DNA of 64,000 bases from Acidimicrobiales bacterium (GTDB lineage Bacteria > Actinomycetota > Acidimicrobiia > Acidimicrobiales > VFJN01): the NCBI GenBank assembly GCA_035697145.1, contig DASSDL010000224.1:4484-68483 (forward strand), read 5' to 3'. This document shows positions 1-9,702 of the stretch, in pieces. Numbering within the stretch: the first letter of the stretch is position 1; each line of letters starts with the position of its first letter. The notes beneath the pieces were generated by a model that saw only the letters and a program-made list of their open reading frames with translations, did no database searches and was not told where the DNA came from. The translations under genes and the position numbers were made by a program.

Positions 1-354
1 GAAGGTGGCGTACGTCGAGAACTTGAAGCCCTTGCGCCAGTCGAACTTGTCGACGGCGTGCTCGAGGCCGAGGTTGCCCTCCTGGATCAGGTCGAGCAGC
101 TCCATCGAGGGGGGAAGGGGGTAGCGTCGGGCGATGCTCACCACGAGCCGCAGATTCGCCCTGATGAAGCGGTCCTTGGCGGCGGCTGCGGCGGCGACGG
201 ACTTGCGCAGCTCACGGCCACGCTCACCGGCGTCGAGGCGCGCCTGCGCATCACGTCCGCGTTCGATCGTCTGCGACAGCTCGCGCTCCTCGTCTGCGGT
301 GAGAAGGGGCACGAGGCCGATTTCGTTCAGGTACTGACCTACAGAATCACTCAT
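1..354 (-). CDS. RNA polymerase sigma-70 family factor, N-terminal 118 codons (gene continues past left edge)
   Basis: Reverse translation from ATG 354..352: [27 protein letters not shown]...[16 protein letters not shown]...[33 protein letters not shown]. This is sigma-70 regions 1.2/2. It is absent from the ORF track because no stop lies in the window. Confidence 0.85.
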   Translation of the reverse strand, partial: MSDSVGQYLNEIGLVPLLTADEERELSQTIERGRDAQARLDAGERGRELRKSVAAAAAAKDRFIRANLRLVVSIARRYPLPPSMELLDLIQEGNLGLEHAVDKFDWRKGFKFSTYATF

Positions 355-439
355 CTCGTATCTCCTCAACCACCTCTACCGCGGTGGGATTCCCCCAACC
401 AGGGGATTTCCGGCCGCTCCGTCGCGGAAAGCCGGGTAC

Positions 440-1849
440 ATGCAGGACGCTGTGCTGTTGTCCGATCCTCCGGTGACCGATGTCACCAATTACTTCGAGC
501 GTGGCGGCGGCGTTGGATTTCGGCGGGCAGTGGGCCTCGGACCCGGGGGCACGATCCAAGAGGTCATCCTGTCGGGGTTGCGGGGGCGGGGAGGCGGCGG
601 GTTCCCGACGGGACGCAAGTGGCAATCGGTGCGTGACGCCGCGGACGGCGTTGGCAATGGGGGAGACGAAGAAAACCGCACCTTCGTGGTGTGCAACGGG
701 GCCGAGGGAGAACCCTCGACATTCAAGGATAGAGCGATCTTGCGCGCCAATCCCTATTCGGTTGTGGAGGGGGTGGCCATCGCCGCTTTCGCCGTGGGGG
801 CCGACAGGGCGTTCATCGGCGTCAAGGAGCGGTTCGAGCCCGAGATCGAGCGCCTGGCCACGGCCGTCGACGAGCTGGGCGCGTCGGGCGCCATTGGCGA
901 CGTCACCATCCAGGTGGTTCTGGGACCGGACGCCTACCTGTACGGCGAGGAGACCGGGCTGCTGCAGGTGATCGAGGGTGAGGCGCCGCTGCCGCGCAAC
1001 GTGCCGCCCTACATCCACGGGCTGTTCGCCACCGTGCCCACCACCGGCTGGAGCGCCTCACCGGCAGGCGTGGTCGACACCATGCCGGCGTCCAACCCGA
1101 CCGTCGTCAACAACGTCGAGACGCTGGCCACTGCCTCCCAAGTGCTGGCCCGAGGACCCGAGTGGCACCGGTCGCTGGGCACGGCCGAGTCGCCCGGCTG
1201 CATCGTCGTCACGGTGGCGGGGGACGTCGTGCGCCCTGGCGTGGGTGAGGTGGAGATGGGAACGCCCCTCGGAGAGGTCATCGAGCGCGTCGGCCGCGGG
1301 GTGCGGCCCGGGCACGAGATCAAGGCCGTCCTCTCGGGCGTGGCGAATCCGGTGCTGACGGGCAACGAACTCGACACCCCGTGCAGCTACGAGGGCATGG
1401 CCGCGATCGGGTCCGGGCTGGGCGCCGCCGGGTTCCTCGTGCTCGACGACACCGCGTCGATGATCGAGGCGGCGCAGATGGTGTCGCGCTTCCTGTACGT
1501 CGAATCCTGCGGACAATGCCCCGCCTGCAAGCTGGGGTGCGGGGCCGTGACCGAGCGGCTCGACCTGCTGGCCGCTGGCGGTGCCGCGGTCGAGGATCTC
1601 GACACCATCGCCGTCCGGCTGCTTTCGGTCACCGACGGCAACCGCTGCTACCTGCCTGTGCAGGAACAGCGGGTGGTGGCGAGCATCCTGCAGGCGTTTC
1701 CCGACGAGGTGGCGGCGGCGCTCGACGGCCGGCCGCTGCCGGCCCGCGGGCTCCAGGTGCCCAAGCTCGTGGATGTGCGCGACGGCAAGGCGACGATCGA
1801 CGAGCGCCAGGCCCGCAAGCGACCCGACTGGACCTACGAGGGGGAATGA
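440..1849 (+). CDS. NuoF-like NADH dehydrogenase flavoprotein (complex I 51-kDa family), stand-alone
   Basis: 469-aa ORF. GLRGRGGGGFPTGRKW (NADH/FMN-site motif of NuoF) and C-terminal ESCGQCPACK (4Fe-4S motif). No other nuo genes nearby. Confidence 0.8.
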   Translation: MQDAVLLSDPPVTDVTNYFERGGGVGFRRAVGLGPGGTIQEVILSGLRGRGGGGFPTGRKWQSVRDAADGVGNGGDEENRTFVVCNGAEGEPSTFKDRAILRANPYSVVEGVAIAAFAVGADRAFIGVKERFEPEIERLATAVDELGASGAIGDVTIQVVLGPDAYLYGEETGLLQVIEGEAPLPRNVPPYIHGLFATVPTTGWSASPAGVVDTMPASNPTVVNNVETLATASQVLARGPEWHRSLGTAESPGCIVVTVAGDVVRPGVGEVEMGTPLGEVIERVGRGVRPGHEIKAVLSGVANPVLTGNELDTPCSYEGMAAIGSGLGAAGFLVLDDTASMIEAAQMVSRFLYVESCGQCPACKLGCGAVTERLDLLAAGGAAVEDLDTIAVRLLSVTDGNRCYLPVQEQRVVASILQAFPDEVAAALDGRPLPARGLQVPKLVDVRDGKATIDERQARKRPDWTYEGE

Positions 1850-1899
1850 CGCGCCTGGTCGCTATCCCTACCTGGGATCGCGATGGGTACCGTTGAGAC

Positions 1900-2490
1900 G
1901 TGTCCGCACCGTACGACGCGTCGACCGCCCTGATCGTGACCGACATCCAGAACGACTTCGCCGACCCCGACGGCAGCCTGTACGTACGCGACGCCGAGTC
2001 GGTGATCGATGTGGCCAACGCCGAGATCGGGGTCGCGCGTAGGGCACGGGCGCTGGTGGTCTACACGCAGGATTGGCATCCGCCGGACACACCACACTTC
2101 GCCAAGGACGGCGGCATCTGGCCCGTGCACTGCGTGGGTGGCACCTGGGGGGCCGAGCTGCACCCGAGATTGACCATCGTGGAGAGCGAGCGGACCCGCA
2201 AAGGGACCCACGGTGAGGACGGTTACTCGGCCTTCACGATGGCCGATCCGGTGAGCCGAGAGACCTATCCCACCGGGCTCGACAGCCTGCTGCGGGAGCG
2301 GCGCATCCAGCGCGTCGTGATCCTTGGGCTCGCCACCGACTACTGCATCCGGGCCACAGCGTTCGATGCTGTCGCCCTCGGGTACGACGCGACGGTGGTG
2401 GCCGAGGGTGTCCGCCCGGTCGAGCTCGAGCCGGGCGACGGGCAGCGGGCCATCGGCGAGATGACCGCGGCCGGGGTCACGCTTGCATGA
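1900..2490 (+). CDS. pncA: nicotinamidase/pyrazinamidase (isochorismatase family)
   Basis: GTG start. ALIVTDIQNDFADPDGSLYV, DWHPPDTPHF, WPVHCVGGTWGA, GLATDYCI (catalytic Cys context). Confidence 0.85.
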   Translation: MSAPYDASTALIVTDIQNDFADPDGSLYVRDAESVIDVANAEIGVARRARALVVYTQDWHPPDTPHFAKDGGIWPVHCVGGTWGAELHPRLTIVESERTRKGTHGEDGYSAFTMADPVSRETYPTGLDSLLRERRIQRVVILGLATDYCIRATAFDAVALGYDATVVAEGVRPVELEPGDGQRAIGEMTAAGVTLA

Positions 2491-3911
2491 ACGCCCCCCC
2501 GGCGGCGCGGCCTCCCGTTCCCGCCTCGCTGGTCACCGACCTCTACGAACTGACGATGGCGGCGGCCTACCAGGCCGCGGGCATCGAGCACGAGGCCACG
2601 TTCGAGCTGTTCGTGCGGCGACTGCCGCCCGAGCGCCGCTTCCTGGTGGCCGCCGGGCTCGATGATGCACTCGCCGGCCTGGAGGCGCTGGCCTTCGCGC
2701 CCCACGAGGTCGAGTACCTGGCCGGGCTCGGGCTGTTCCCGGCGCGCTTCATCGACCGGCTGTCAGACCTCCGGTTCACGGGCGAGGTTTGGGGGGTGCC
2801 GGAGGGTGACGTGGTCTTCGCCGGGGAGCCGATCGTGCGGGTCACGGCACCGTTGATCGAGGCGCAGCTGGTGGAGACGTTCCTGCTCAACGCCATCGCC
2901 AGCCGCACCATGCTGGCGTCCAAGGCGGCGCGGGTCGCCATCGCCTGCGATGGGCGCGACTTCGTGGACTTCTCCGCCCGGCGCGACCACGGCATCGACG
3001 CTGCCATGGCCGCCGCCCGCGGCGCGTGGATCTGTGGAGCGGCCGGCACCTCGCTGGTGGCCGCCGGGCAGCGCTGGGGCATCCCGCTGTCGGGGACGAT
3101 GGCGCACTCGTTCGTGATGTCGTTCGAGGACGAGCGCGATGCGTTCCGCGCCTACGCCCGCAGCTTCCCGCAGCACGCCGTCCTGCTGATCGACACGTAC
3201 GACACCGTCGAGGGTGCCCGCCACGCCGCCGAGGTCGCCCGGGAACTGGCGGGCGAGGGCGTCGGCGTCTCGGCGGTGCGCCTCGATTCGGGCGACCTGG
3301 GTCGGCTGGCCGACCAGGTGCGCGTCGTGCTCGACGAGGCCCGGCTTTCCGACGTCGGGATCCTGGCGTCCGGCGACCTCGACGAGCACCGCATCACCGA
3401 TCTAATGGCCGCGGGCGCGCCCATCGATTCCTTCGGCGTGGGCACGCAGCTCGGGACCAGCGGTGACGCCCCGTCGCTGGGCGCCGTCTACAAGCTGGTG
3501 GACGACGCCCTCGGGCCGAGGATGAAGCTCGCCGAGGGCAAGGTCACCCTGCCGGGCCGCAAGCAGGTCTGGCGCTTCGGCGATCGTGACGTTCTGGGCC
3601 TGCACGACGAGCATGTGGCCGGGGGGCGGGCGCTGCTGGTGCGCGCCATGGCCGACGGTCGGCGGGTCGAGCCGCCGGAGCCACTGGCGGCCACCCGCGA
3701 GCGCTGCCTGGCGGCGTTGGCCGGCCTGCCGCCGCAGCTCCGGTCCCTGGCTCCTGCGGGCGAGCCCGTGTGGCCGGTCGACGTCTCCGCAGGCCTGGGC
3801 GCGCTGGCCGAAAAGGTTCGGTTGGACCTGGAGGCTGCGCTGACGGCGCGGAACGTGCGCGACGGAGTGATGGGGAGTCCGCGTCCGGATCTGGAGGATC
3901 AGCAGCGTTGA
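2487..3911 (+). CDS. pncB: nicotinate phosphoribosyltransferase
   Basis: 474 aa. N-terminal SLVTDLYELTMAAAY signature of NAPRTase. ATGA overlap with the pncA stop (2487-2490). Confidence 0.9.
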   Translation: MNAPPAARPPVPASLVTDLYELTMAAAYQAAGIEHEATFELFVRRLPPERRFLVAAGLDDALAGLEALAFAPHEVEYLAGLGLFPARFIDRLSDLRFTGEVWGVPEGDVVFAGEPIVRVTAPLIEAQLVETFLLNAIASRTMLASKAARVAIACDGRDFVDFSARRDHGIDAAMAAARGAWICGAAGTSLVAAGQRWGIPLSGTMAHSFVMSFEDERDAFRAYARSFPQHAVLLIDTYDTVEGARHAAEVARELAGEGVGVSAVRLDSGDLGRLADQVRVVLDEARLSDVGILASGDLDEHRITDLMAAGAPIDSFGVGTQLGTSGDAPSLGAVYKLVDDALGPRMKLAEGKVTLPGRKQVWRFGDRDVLGLHDEHVAGGRALLVRAMADGRRVEPPEPLAATRERCLAALAGLPPQLRSLAPAGEPVWPVDVSAGLGALAEKVRLDLEAALTARNVRDGVMGSPRPDLEDQQR

Positions 3912-3946
3912 ACGCCGACGTCGCCGGTGTCACCCCCGGACCTCGG

Positions 3947-4543
3947 ATGGGTGAGCGGCTGGGTATTTTCGGGGGAACGTTCGACCCACCGCACGTCGGG
4001 CACCTGGTGACCGCCGTCAACGTCCGCCACGAGCTGTCGCTCGACCGGGTGCTGCTCGTCGTCGCCGACCAGCCGTGGCAGAAGGTGGGCACCCGCGACA
4101 TCTCGTCGGCCGAGGACCGGTTGGCCATGGTCGAGGCCGCGGTGGGAGACGTCGAAGGGCTCGAGGCCAGCCGCATCGAGCTCGACCGGGGCGGCATGTC
4201 GTACACGGCCGACACCCTGTCCCAGCTGCTGGCCGGTGATCCGACGCTCGATCTGTACGTCATCCTCGGGACCGACGCCGCCGCGGGCTTGCCGGGCTGG
4301 GAGCGCGCCGACGAGGTCCGCGCGCTGTCCACGATCGTGGTGGTCGAGCGGCCGGGAGGTGGCGAGGGGATGCCCCCGCTCGGCTGGTCGTGGGTCCGGG
4401 TCGAGGTGCCCCGACTCGAGGTGTCCAGCACCGACCTGCGGGCCCGCGTCATCGACGGTCGGCCACTGGACTACCTGCTGTCGCCGGCCGTCATCGACGC
4501 CATCCAACGCCGGGGCCTGTACCGGGAGCCCGTCGCCCAATGA
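3947..4543 (+). CDS. nadD: nicotinate-nucleotide adenylyltransferase
   Basis: MGERLGIFGGTFDPPHVGHL (T/HxGH nucleotidyltransferase motif). The ORF is open from 3770 but overlaps pncB; ATG 3947 is the first start after the pncB stop. TTG 3908 is an alternative. Confidence 0.85.
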   Translation: MGERLGIFGGTFDPPHVGHLVTAVNVRHELSLDRVLLVVADQPWQKVGTRDISSAEDRLAMVEAAVGDVEGLEASRIELDRGGMSYTADTLSQLLAGDPTLDLYVILGTDAAAGLPGWERADEVRALSTIVVVERPGGGEGMPPLGWSWVRVEVPRLEVSSTDLRARVIDGRPLDYLLSPAVIDAIQRRGLYREPVAQ

Positions 4544-6060
4544 CCGGCGTGGTCGACAACGAGGACCATCGGCCGCGCCACATGGAGCGCGGGGCCCCCG
4601 ACCCCGACCCGCGCTCGGATGTATCAACGCTGGCCGGTGCCGGCCGTGACTGCGACGATGCGATGGCCACTGTCGCCCCGACCCACCGAGGACCGTGGCC
4701 CGCGAGCCGGCGGGCCCGGGCCGTGGCGCGGCGCCGTGGGCGGTCGCTCGCGCCCGGGTCGGCACCAGGCGCCTTCGGCGCGGCGCACGCGGCGCCGGCG
4801 GAAGTGGCCTCGCTGGCGACCCCGCTTGTCGGGCCCGCCCCGCCGGCGTGGGGTCGTTCCCCCGAGGCGCTGCGCAGACGCCGCCGGTTGGTGCTGGCCG
4901 GCATGGCCGCACTCTTGGGGGGCGGGGTGGCGCTGACGGTCGTCGGCGTCAACCTGGTGCGTAACAGCACCGCCGGGCGCTATGTGGAGCCCACGGCCGG
5001 TCCCGACGACCCGGGCTACCAGGCCTACGTCGTCCCCACCCCGACGATGGCCGTCGTCCAGCGGGACGCCGACGGCGAACTGGTCGGCGTGGCGGTCCTG
5101 GCCATCGAGTCGAGTGACGACGGCGGTGCGGTGATCGTTGTCCCGGCGTCAACGTTGGCGAGGGCGAACCGGCCCGCCGATCCCGGCACCGATACCACCA
5201 CTGGCACCGCTGACGCGTCGGGCGAGCCGCCCACGATGGCGGACGTCTACCGCCAGGGTGGAGCCACCGACGTGGTGGCCGCGGTCGCCGACCTGTTGGC
5301 CGTCGCCATCCCGGAACACCTCGAGGTCGACGACGCCCGCTGGGCGTCGCTGGTGGCGCCGGTGGCGCCCGTCGAGCTCCAGCTCATCGAGCGCGTGGGG
5401 GAGTGGAGGGCGGGAGAGGTCTCGCTGGCGGCCGAAGACGTGGGGCCGTTCCTCGGCGCCCGGGCCGCGGGCGAGTCGGAGGCGGGCCGCATCGACCGCC
5501 AGGCGGACTTCTGGACTGCGTGGCTGCCGCTCGTGCGAGACGCCGGGGTCGACGCGTTGCCCGGCGAGGTCGACGCTGGCATCGGGCGCTTCGTCCGGGG
5601 CCTGGCCGACGGCTCGCCTTCGATCGTCCCCCTCCCTGGGGAGGCCACCGGTGGCGACGACGGCGCCCCCGAGGCCTTCGTCCCGCACGGCGACCGCATG
5701 GCGGAGCTGGTGGTGCGGGCGGTCCCCTATCCGGTGTCGCCCAGTCCCGATCGGCGGGTTCGCGTCCGCCTGCTCAACGGCACCACCGACCCCGAGCTCA
5801 CGGGCGCCGCCGCCGGTCGCTTGGTCCGGGGCGGCGCCGAGATAACCATCGCCGGCAACGCCCCGACCTTCGACGAGACTGAGACCCTGATGCTCTACGG
5901 ACGCGCCGACCTGCGCGACAAGGCGCTGTGGCTGGCGGCGGGGTTTGGTGGCGCGCAGGTCGAGCGGGACCCGGCCGCCTCCGGCGGGGCGACCGACGAC
6001 GACGAGATCGACGTGACCGTGATCCTGGGCGCCGACGCCCGGGATCTGATCGGGAGGTAA
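4540..6060 (+). CDS. membrane-anchored LytR_C domain protein
   Basis: ATG 4540 forms ATGA with the nadD stop. One TM segment (LVLAGMAALLGGGVALTVVGVNLV). C-terminal VRVRLLNGTTDPELTGAAAGRLVRGGAEITIAGNA resembles the LytR C-terminal domain. The nadD/rsfS neighbourhood is typical of actinobacteria. Confidence 0.6.
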   Translation: MTGVVDNEDHRPRHMERGAPDPDPRSDVSTLAGAGRDCDDAMATVAPTHRGPWPASRRARAVARRRGRSLAPGSAPGAFGAAHAAPAEVASLATPLVGPAPPAWGRSPEALRRRRRLVLAGMAALLGGGVALTVVGVNLVRNSTAGRYVEPTAGPDDPGYQAYVVPTPTMAVVQRDADGELVGVAVLAIESSDDGGAVIVVPASTLARANRPADPGTDTTTGTADASGEPPTMADVYRQGGATDVVAAVADLLAVAIPEHLEVDDARWASLVAPVAPVELQLIERVGEWRAGEVSLAAEDVGPFLGARAAGESEAGRIDRQADFWTAWLPLVRDAGVDALPGEVDAGIGRFVRGLADGSPSIVPLPGEATGGDDGAPEAFVPHGDRMAELVVRAVPYPVSPSPDRRVRVRLLNGTTDPELTGAAAGRLVRGGAEITIAGNAPTFDETETLMLYGRADLRDKALWLAAGFGGAQVERDPAASGGATDDDEIDVTVILGADARDLIGR

Positions 6061-6088
6061 GACAGCGAACAGCCTGACCAACGAACGT

Positions 6089-6457
6089 GTGCAAGCCCGG
6101 GACCTGGCCGCCGTGGCGGCCCGCGCCGCCGACTCGAAGGGGGCGCGTGACGTCGTGATCCTCGAGGTCGGCGACGTGCTCGTGGTGGCCGACGAGTTCG
6201 TGATCGCCTCCGCCCCGAACGACCGCCTCGTCAAGGCGATCGTCGACGAGGTAGAGCGGGTGGTCGCGGAGGCGGGCCATCCGAAGCCGCTGCGGGTGGA
6301 GGGTCTCGACGACCGCCACTGGGTCCTCATGGACTACGGCGATGTCGTCGTGCATGTGTTCCTCGACGAGACCCGCGACTTCTACGAGCTCGAACGCCTC
6401 TGGGGCGATGTCCACCGCGTCGAGTGGGCGCCCGCCGCTGCGGCGCAGCAGCGGTAG
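6089..6457 (+). CDS. rsfS: ribosome silencing factor RsfS (iojap)
   Basis: 122 aa. VILEVGDVLVVADEFVIASAPNDRLVKAI...WVLMDYGDVVVHVFLDETRDFYELERLWGD. Confidence 0.9.
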   Translation: MQARDLAAVAARAADSKGARDVVILEVGDVLVVADEFVIASAPNDRLVKAIVDEVERVVAEAGHPKPLRVEGLDDRHWVLMDYGDVVVHVFLDETRDFYELERLWGDVHRVEWAPAAAAQQR

Positions 6458-6510
6458 GACGCCCCGACGCGGAACCGGGCCGCCGCCACCCGGCGGTCGG
6501 CTTGGTTGGG

Positions 6511-6583
6511 TGGAGCCGACGCGGATCGAACGCGCTACCCCTTCCATGCCATGGAAGTGCTCTACCAACTGAGCTACGGCCCC
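6511..6583 (-). tRNA. tRNA-Ala (anticodon GGC)
   Basis: Reverse strand GGGGCCGTAGCTCAGTTGGTAGAGCACTTCCATGGCATGGAAGGGGTAGCGCGTTCGATCCGCGTCGGCTCCA. It has a 7-bp acceptor with G3:U70, anticodon loop AUGGCAU, and T-loop TTCGATC. CCA is not encoded (followed by CCC). Confidence 0.9.
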
Positions 6584-6714
6584 GTTTGGGAGGAGTCAGC
6601 GTACCGTCGTGCAGGCGTGCGTGTCACCCGCCGGCACCACGTGTCTCCCGCTCTTGGCGCCTTCGGCGCCGGGCCGCTCGGGCCACGGCCTCGCCTATCG
6701 GGTCGGCCTCTGGG

Positions 6715-9591
6715 TCAGCGCACCACGAAGTTGATGACGCGGCCGGGGACGGCGACGACCTCGCGGACCGTGCCGTCGGCGGCCAGCAGCGCCGCGACCT
6801 GCGCGTCGGCGCGGGCCGCAGCCTCCAGCGCGGCTTCGTCGGCGTCGGCCGGTAGCCGTATCCGGGCCCGAACCTTGCCGTTGATCTGCACCGGGATCTC
6901 CACCGTCTCGTCGATCAGCCACTCCGGGTCGGCCTCGGGGAAGGGCTCGGTGACCAGCGAGTCGGGGTGACCGAGCCGCGACCACAGCTCCTCGGCGATG
7001 TGCGGCGCCAGCGGCGCCAACAGCAGCACCAGCGGCTCGGCCGCGGCCAGGGGCACGCCTCCCTTCCGGAGATACTGCGCCGTCAGGTGGTTGTTGAGCT
7101 CCGTGATCTTGGCGACGGCGACGTTGAAGCGCAGCCTCTCCATGCCGTCGCGCACGGCCGCGATCGTCCGATGGAGGATGCGCTGGGTTTCGTCGTCGAG
7201 ATCGTCGTCGGTGACCGTGGTCTCGCCGGTCTCCTCGTCCACGACGTTGCGCCAGATCCGCTGCAGCAGCCGGTAGACCCCGACCACGGCCTTGGTCTCC
7301 CAGGGCCGGCTCTGGTCGAGCGGCCCCGAGAACATCTCGTACAGCCGCATCGTGTCGGCGCCGTAGCTCTCGTACATCTCGTCGGGCGCCACCGCGTTCT
7401 TGCGGCTCTTGCCCATGCGGCCCAGTTGGCGGTTGACCTGCTCGCCCCCGTGCCAGTACGCGTCGTCGTGTTCGGTGACCTCGTGGGCGTCGACGTAGAA
7501 GCCCCGCCGGTCGGTGTACTCGTAGGCCTGGATCAGCCCCTGGTTGTACAGGCGGTGGTAAGGCTCGAACGACGACACGTGCCCCAGGTCGTAGAGCACC
7601 TTGTGCCAGAACCGGGAGTAGAGCAGGTGCAGGACCGCGTGCTCGGCGCCGCCAACATAGAGGTCGACGCCGCCACAGTCGCCCTCCCACTTTGGGCCCA
7701 TCCAGTAGCGCTCGATCTCGGGATCGACCGGCGCCTTGTCGTTGTGGGGGTCGAGGTAGCGCAGCTCGTACCAGCACGATCCCGCCCAGTTGGGCATCGT
7801 GTTGGTGTCGCGGCGATAGGTCTTGGGGCCCTCTCCCAGATCGAGCGTGACGTTGACCCACTGGGTCGCCCGCGACAGCGGCGCCTCGGGCTCGGAGGTC
7901 TCGTCGTCCTCGGCGAAGGTCTTGGGGGAGTAGTCATCGACGTCCGGTAACACGACCGGCAGCATCGACTCCGGTATGGCGCGGGGCAGCCCGTCGTCGG
8001 GGTCGTAGACGATGGGGAACGGCTCGCCCCAGAACCGCTGCCGGCTGAACAGCCAGTCCCGCAGCTTGTAGGTGACGGTGCCGGTGCCGACCCCGGTGCG
8101 CTCCAGCCACTCGATGATCCGGTGCTTGGCCTCGGCGATCCCCAGGCCATTCAGGTCCACCGACTCGTTGGCGCTGTTGATGGCCGGGCCTTCACCCAGG
8201 TAGGGCTTGTCGGGCCAGCCTGCGGGGGGCTGGACCGTGCGCACGATCGGCAGGTCGAAGGCCTCGGCGAACGCCCAGTCGCGGTCGTCCTGACCGGGCA
8301 CCGCCATGATCGCCCCGGTGCCATAGCCCATGAGCACGTAATCGGCGATGAACACGGGGATCTCGCCGCCCGTGGCGGGGTTGACGGCGTAGCCGCCGAC
8401 GAACACGCCGGTCTTGTCCCGCGACTCGATCTGCCGTTCGACGTCCGACCGCTTTCCCGCGTGCCGGCGGTAGGCGGTGACCGCATCGGCCGGGGTGGCG
8501 TGGCCGCCGGTCCACCGGTCGGGGGTCCCCTCTGGCCATGCGGCCGCGGTCAGCTCGTCGACCAGTGGATGCTCGGGGGCCAGCACCATGTACGTGGCCC
8601 CGAACAGCGTGTCCTGCCGGGTGGTGAACACCTCGATGCCGGGACCGGCCGGGGTCGGGAATGTGACGCTGGCGCCCTCCGACCGCCCGATCCAGTTGCG
8701 CTGCATCAGCTTGATGCGCTCGGGCCAGTCCAGCTTGTCCAGGTCGCGCAGCAGCCGCTCGGCGTAGGAGGTGATGCGCAGCAACCACTGACGCAGCGGG
8801 CGGCGGAAGACCGGGAAGTTGCCGCGCTCGCTGCGGCCCTCGGACGTGACCTCCTCGTTGGACAGCACCGTCCCCAACGCCGGGCACCAGTTCACCGGCG
8901 CCTCGTTCACGTACGCCAGGCGGTGGTTGTCGACCACCACGCGGCGCTCCGTGGCTGTCAGCTCGGCCCACGGTCTACCCGTCGGGTTCGTGCCCTCGCC
9001 GGGCGCGCGGGTGCCGGCATCCAGTTCGGCGACCAGGTCGTCGATCGGCCGGGCCTGATCGCTGTCGGAGTCGTACCAGGAGTTGAAGATCTGCAGGAAG
9101 ATCCACTGGGTCCACCGGTAGTAGCCCTCGTCGATGGTGGCGATCGAGCGCCGGGAGTCGTGGCCCAGCCCCAGGCGCCGCAGCTGGCGACGCATGGTGA
9201 CGATGTTGGCCTCGGTCGTCGTGCGCGGGTGCTGGCCCGTCTGGACGGCGTACTGCTCGGCGGGCAGGCCGAACGCGTCGTAACCCATGGTGTGGACGAC
9301 GTTGTGCCCCGTCATCCGCAGGTAGCGGGCGTAGACGTCGGTCCCGATGTAACCCAGTGGGTGGCCGACGTGCAGCCCCGCGCCGCTGGGGTAGGGGAAC
9401 ATGTCCAGCACGTACCGCTTGGGCAGGTCCGCCACCTTGTCGAAGCCCTCGCTCAGGTCACCGACGGGGTTGGGGGCATAGAACGTTCCCTCGCGCTCCC
9501 AGCGGTCCTGCCAGCTGGTCTCGATGCGTCCCGCGAGCGCGGCCGTGTACCGGTACGGGGGCGGGTCAGACGACGGCGGCGGCTCGGCCAT
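6715..9591 (-). CDS. leuS: leucine--tRNA ligase
   Basis: 958 aa. [17 protein letters not shown] (HIGH region), editing domain, RMGKSRKN (KMSKS region). Confidence 0.97.
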   Translation of the reverse strand: MAEPPPSSDPPPYRYTAALAGRIETSWQDRWEREGTFYAPNPVGDLSEGFDKVADLPKRYVLDMFPYPSGAGLHVGHPLGYIGTDVYARYLRMTGHNVVHTMGYDAFGLPAEQYAVQTGQHPRTTTEANIVTMRRQLRRLGLGHDSRRSIATIDEGYYRWTQWIFLQIFNSWYDSDSDQARPIDDLVAELDAGTRAPGEGTNPTGRPWAELTATERRVVVDNHRLAYVNEAPVNWCPALGTVLSNEEVTSEGRSERGNFPVFRRPLRQWLLRITSYAERLLRDLDKLDWPERIKLMQRNWIGRSEGASVTFPTPAGPGIEVFTTRQDTLFGATYMVLAPEHPLVDELTAAAWPEGTPDRWTGGHATPADAVTAYRRHAGKRSDVERQIESRDKTGVFVGGYAVNPATGGEIPVFIADYVLMGYGTGAIMAVPGQDDRDWAFAEAFDLPIVRTVQPPAGWPDKPYLGEGPAINSANESVDLNGLGIAEAKHRIIEWLERTGVGTGTVTYKLRDWLFSRQRFWGEPFPIVYDPDDGLPRAIPESMLPVVLPDVDDYSPKTFAEDDETSEPEAPLSRATQWVNVTLDLGEGPKTYRRDTNTMPNWAGSCWYELRYLDPHNDKAPVDPEIERYWMGPKWEGDCGGVDLYVGGAEHAVLHLLYSRFWHKVLYDLGHVSSFEPYHRLYNQGLIQAYEYTDRRGFYVDAHEVTEHDDAYWHGGEQVNRQLGRMGKSRKNAVAPDEMYESYGADTMRLYEMFSGPLDQSRPWETKAVVGVYRLLQRIWRNVVDEETGETTVTDDDLDDETQRILHRTIAAVRDGMERLRFNVAVAKITELNNHLTAQYLRKGGVPLAAAEPLVLLLAPLAPHIAEELWSRLGHPDSLVTEPFPEADPEWLIDETVEIPVQINGKVRARIRLPADADEAALEAAARADAQVAALLAADGTVREVVAVPGRVINFVVR

Positions 9592-9702
9592 GAACGCGAA
9601 GGGTATCGGCCACGGTGCCGAACGTCCGAAGCGGAAAGCGGCCGCCGGGTCGGGCCGACTGGGTTGTGTAACCGCCTGTCACGCCGGGAAGTCGGACCGG
9701 TA

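Noticed and set aside
3770-3946. Longer nadD start at 3770 (257-aa ORF).
   Set aside because: The extension overlaps the last 140 nt of pncB and translates to Gly/Arg/Ala filler. The conserved GIFGGTFDPPH motif follows ATG 3947 directly.
8122-9702. First ~527 codons of the 1080-aa + strand ORF (8122..11364).
   Set aside because: It is entirely antisense to leuS and its translation is Arg/Gly/Pro-rich nonsense. Only the part from ATG 9703 has AMP-ligase motifs.
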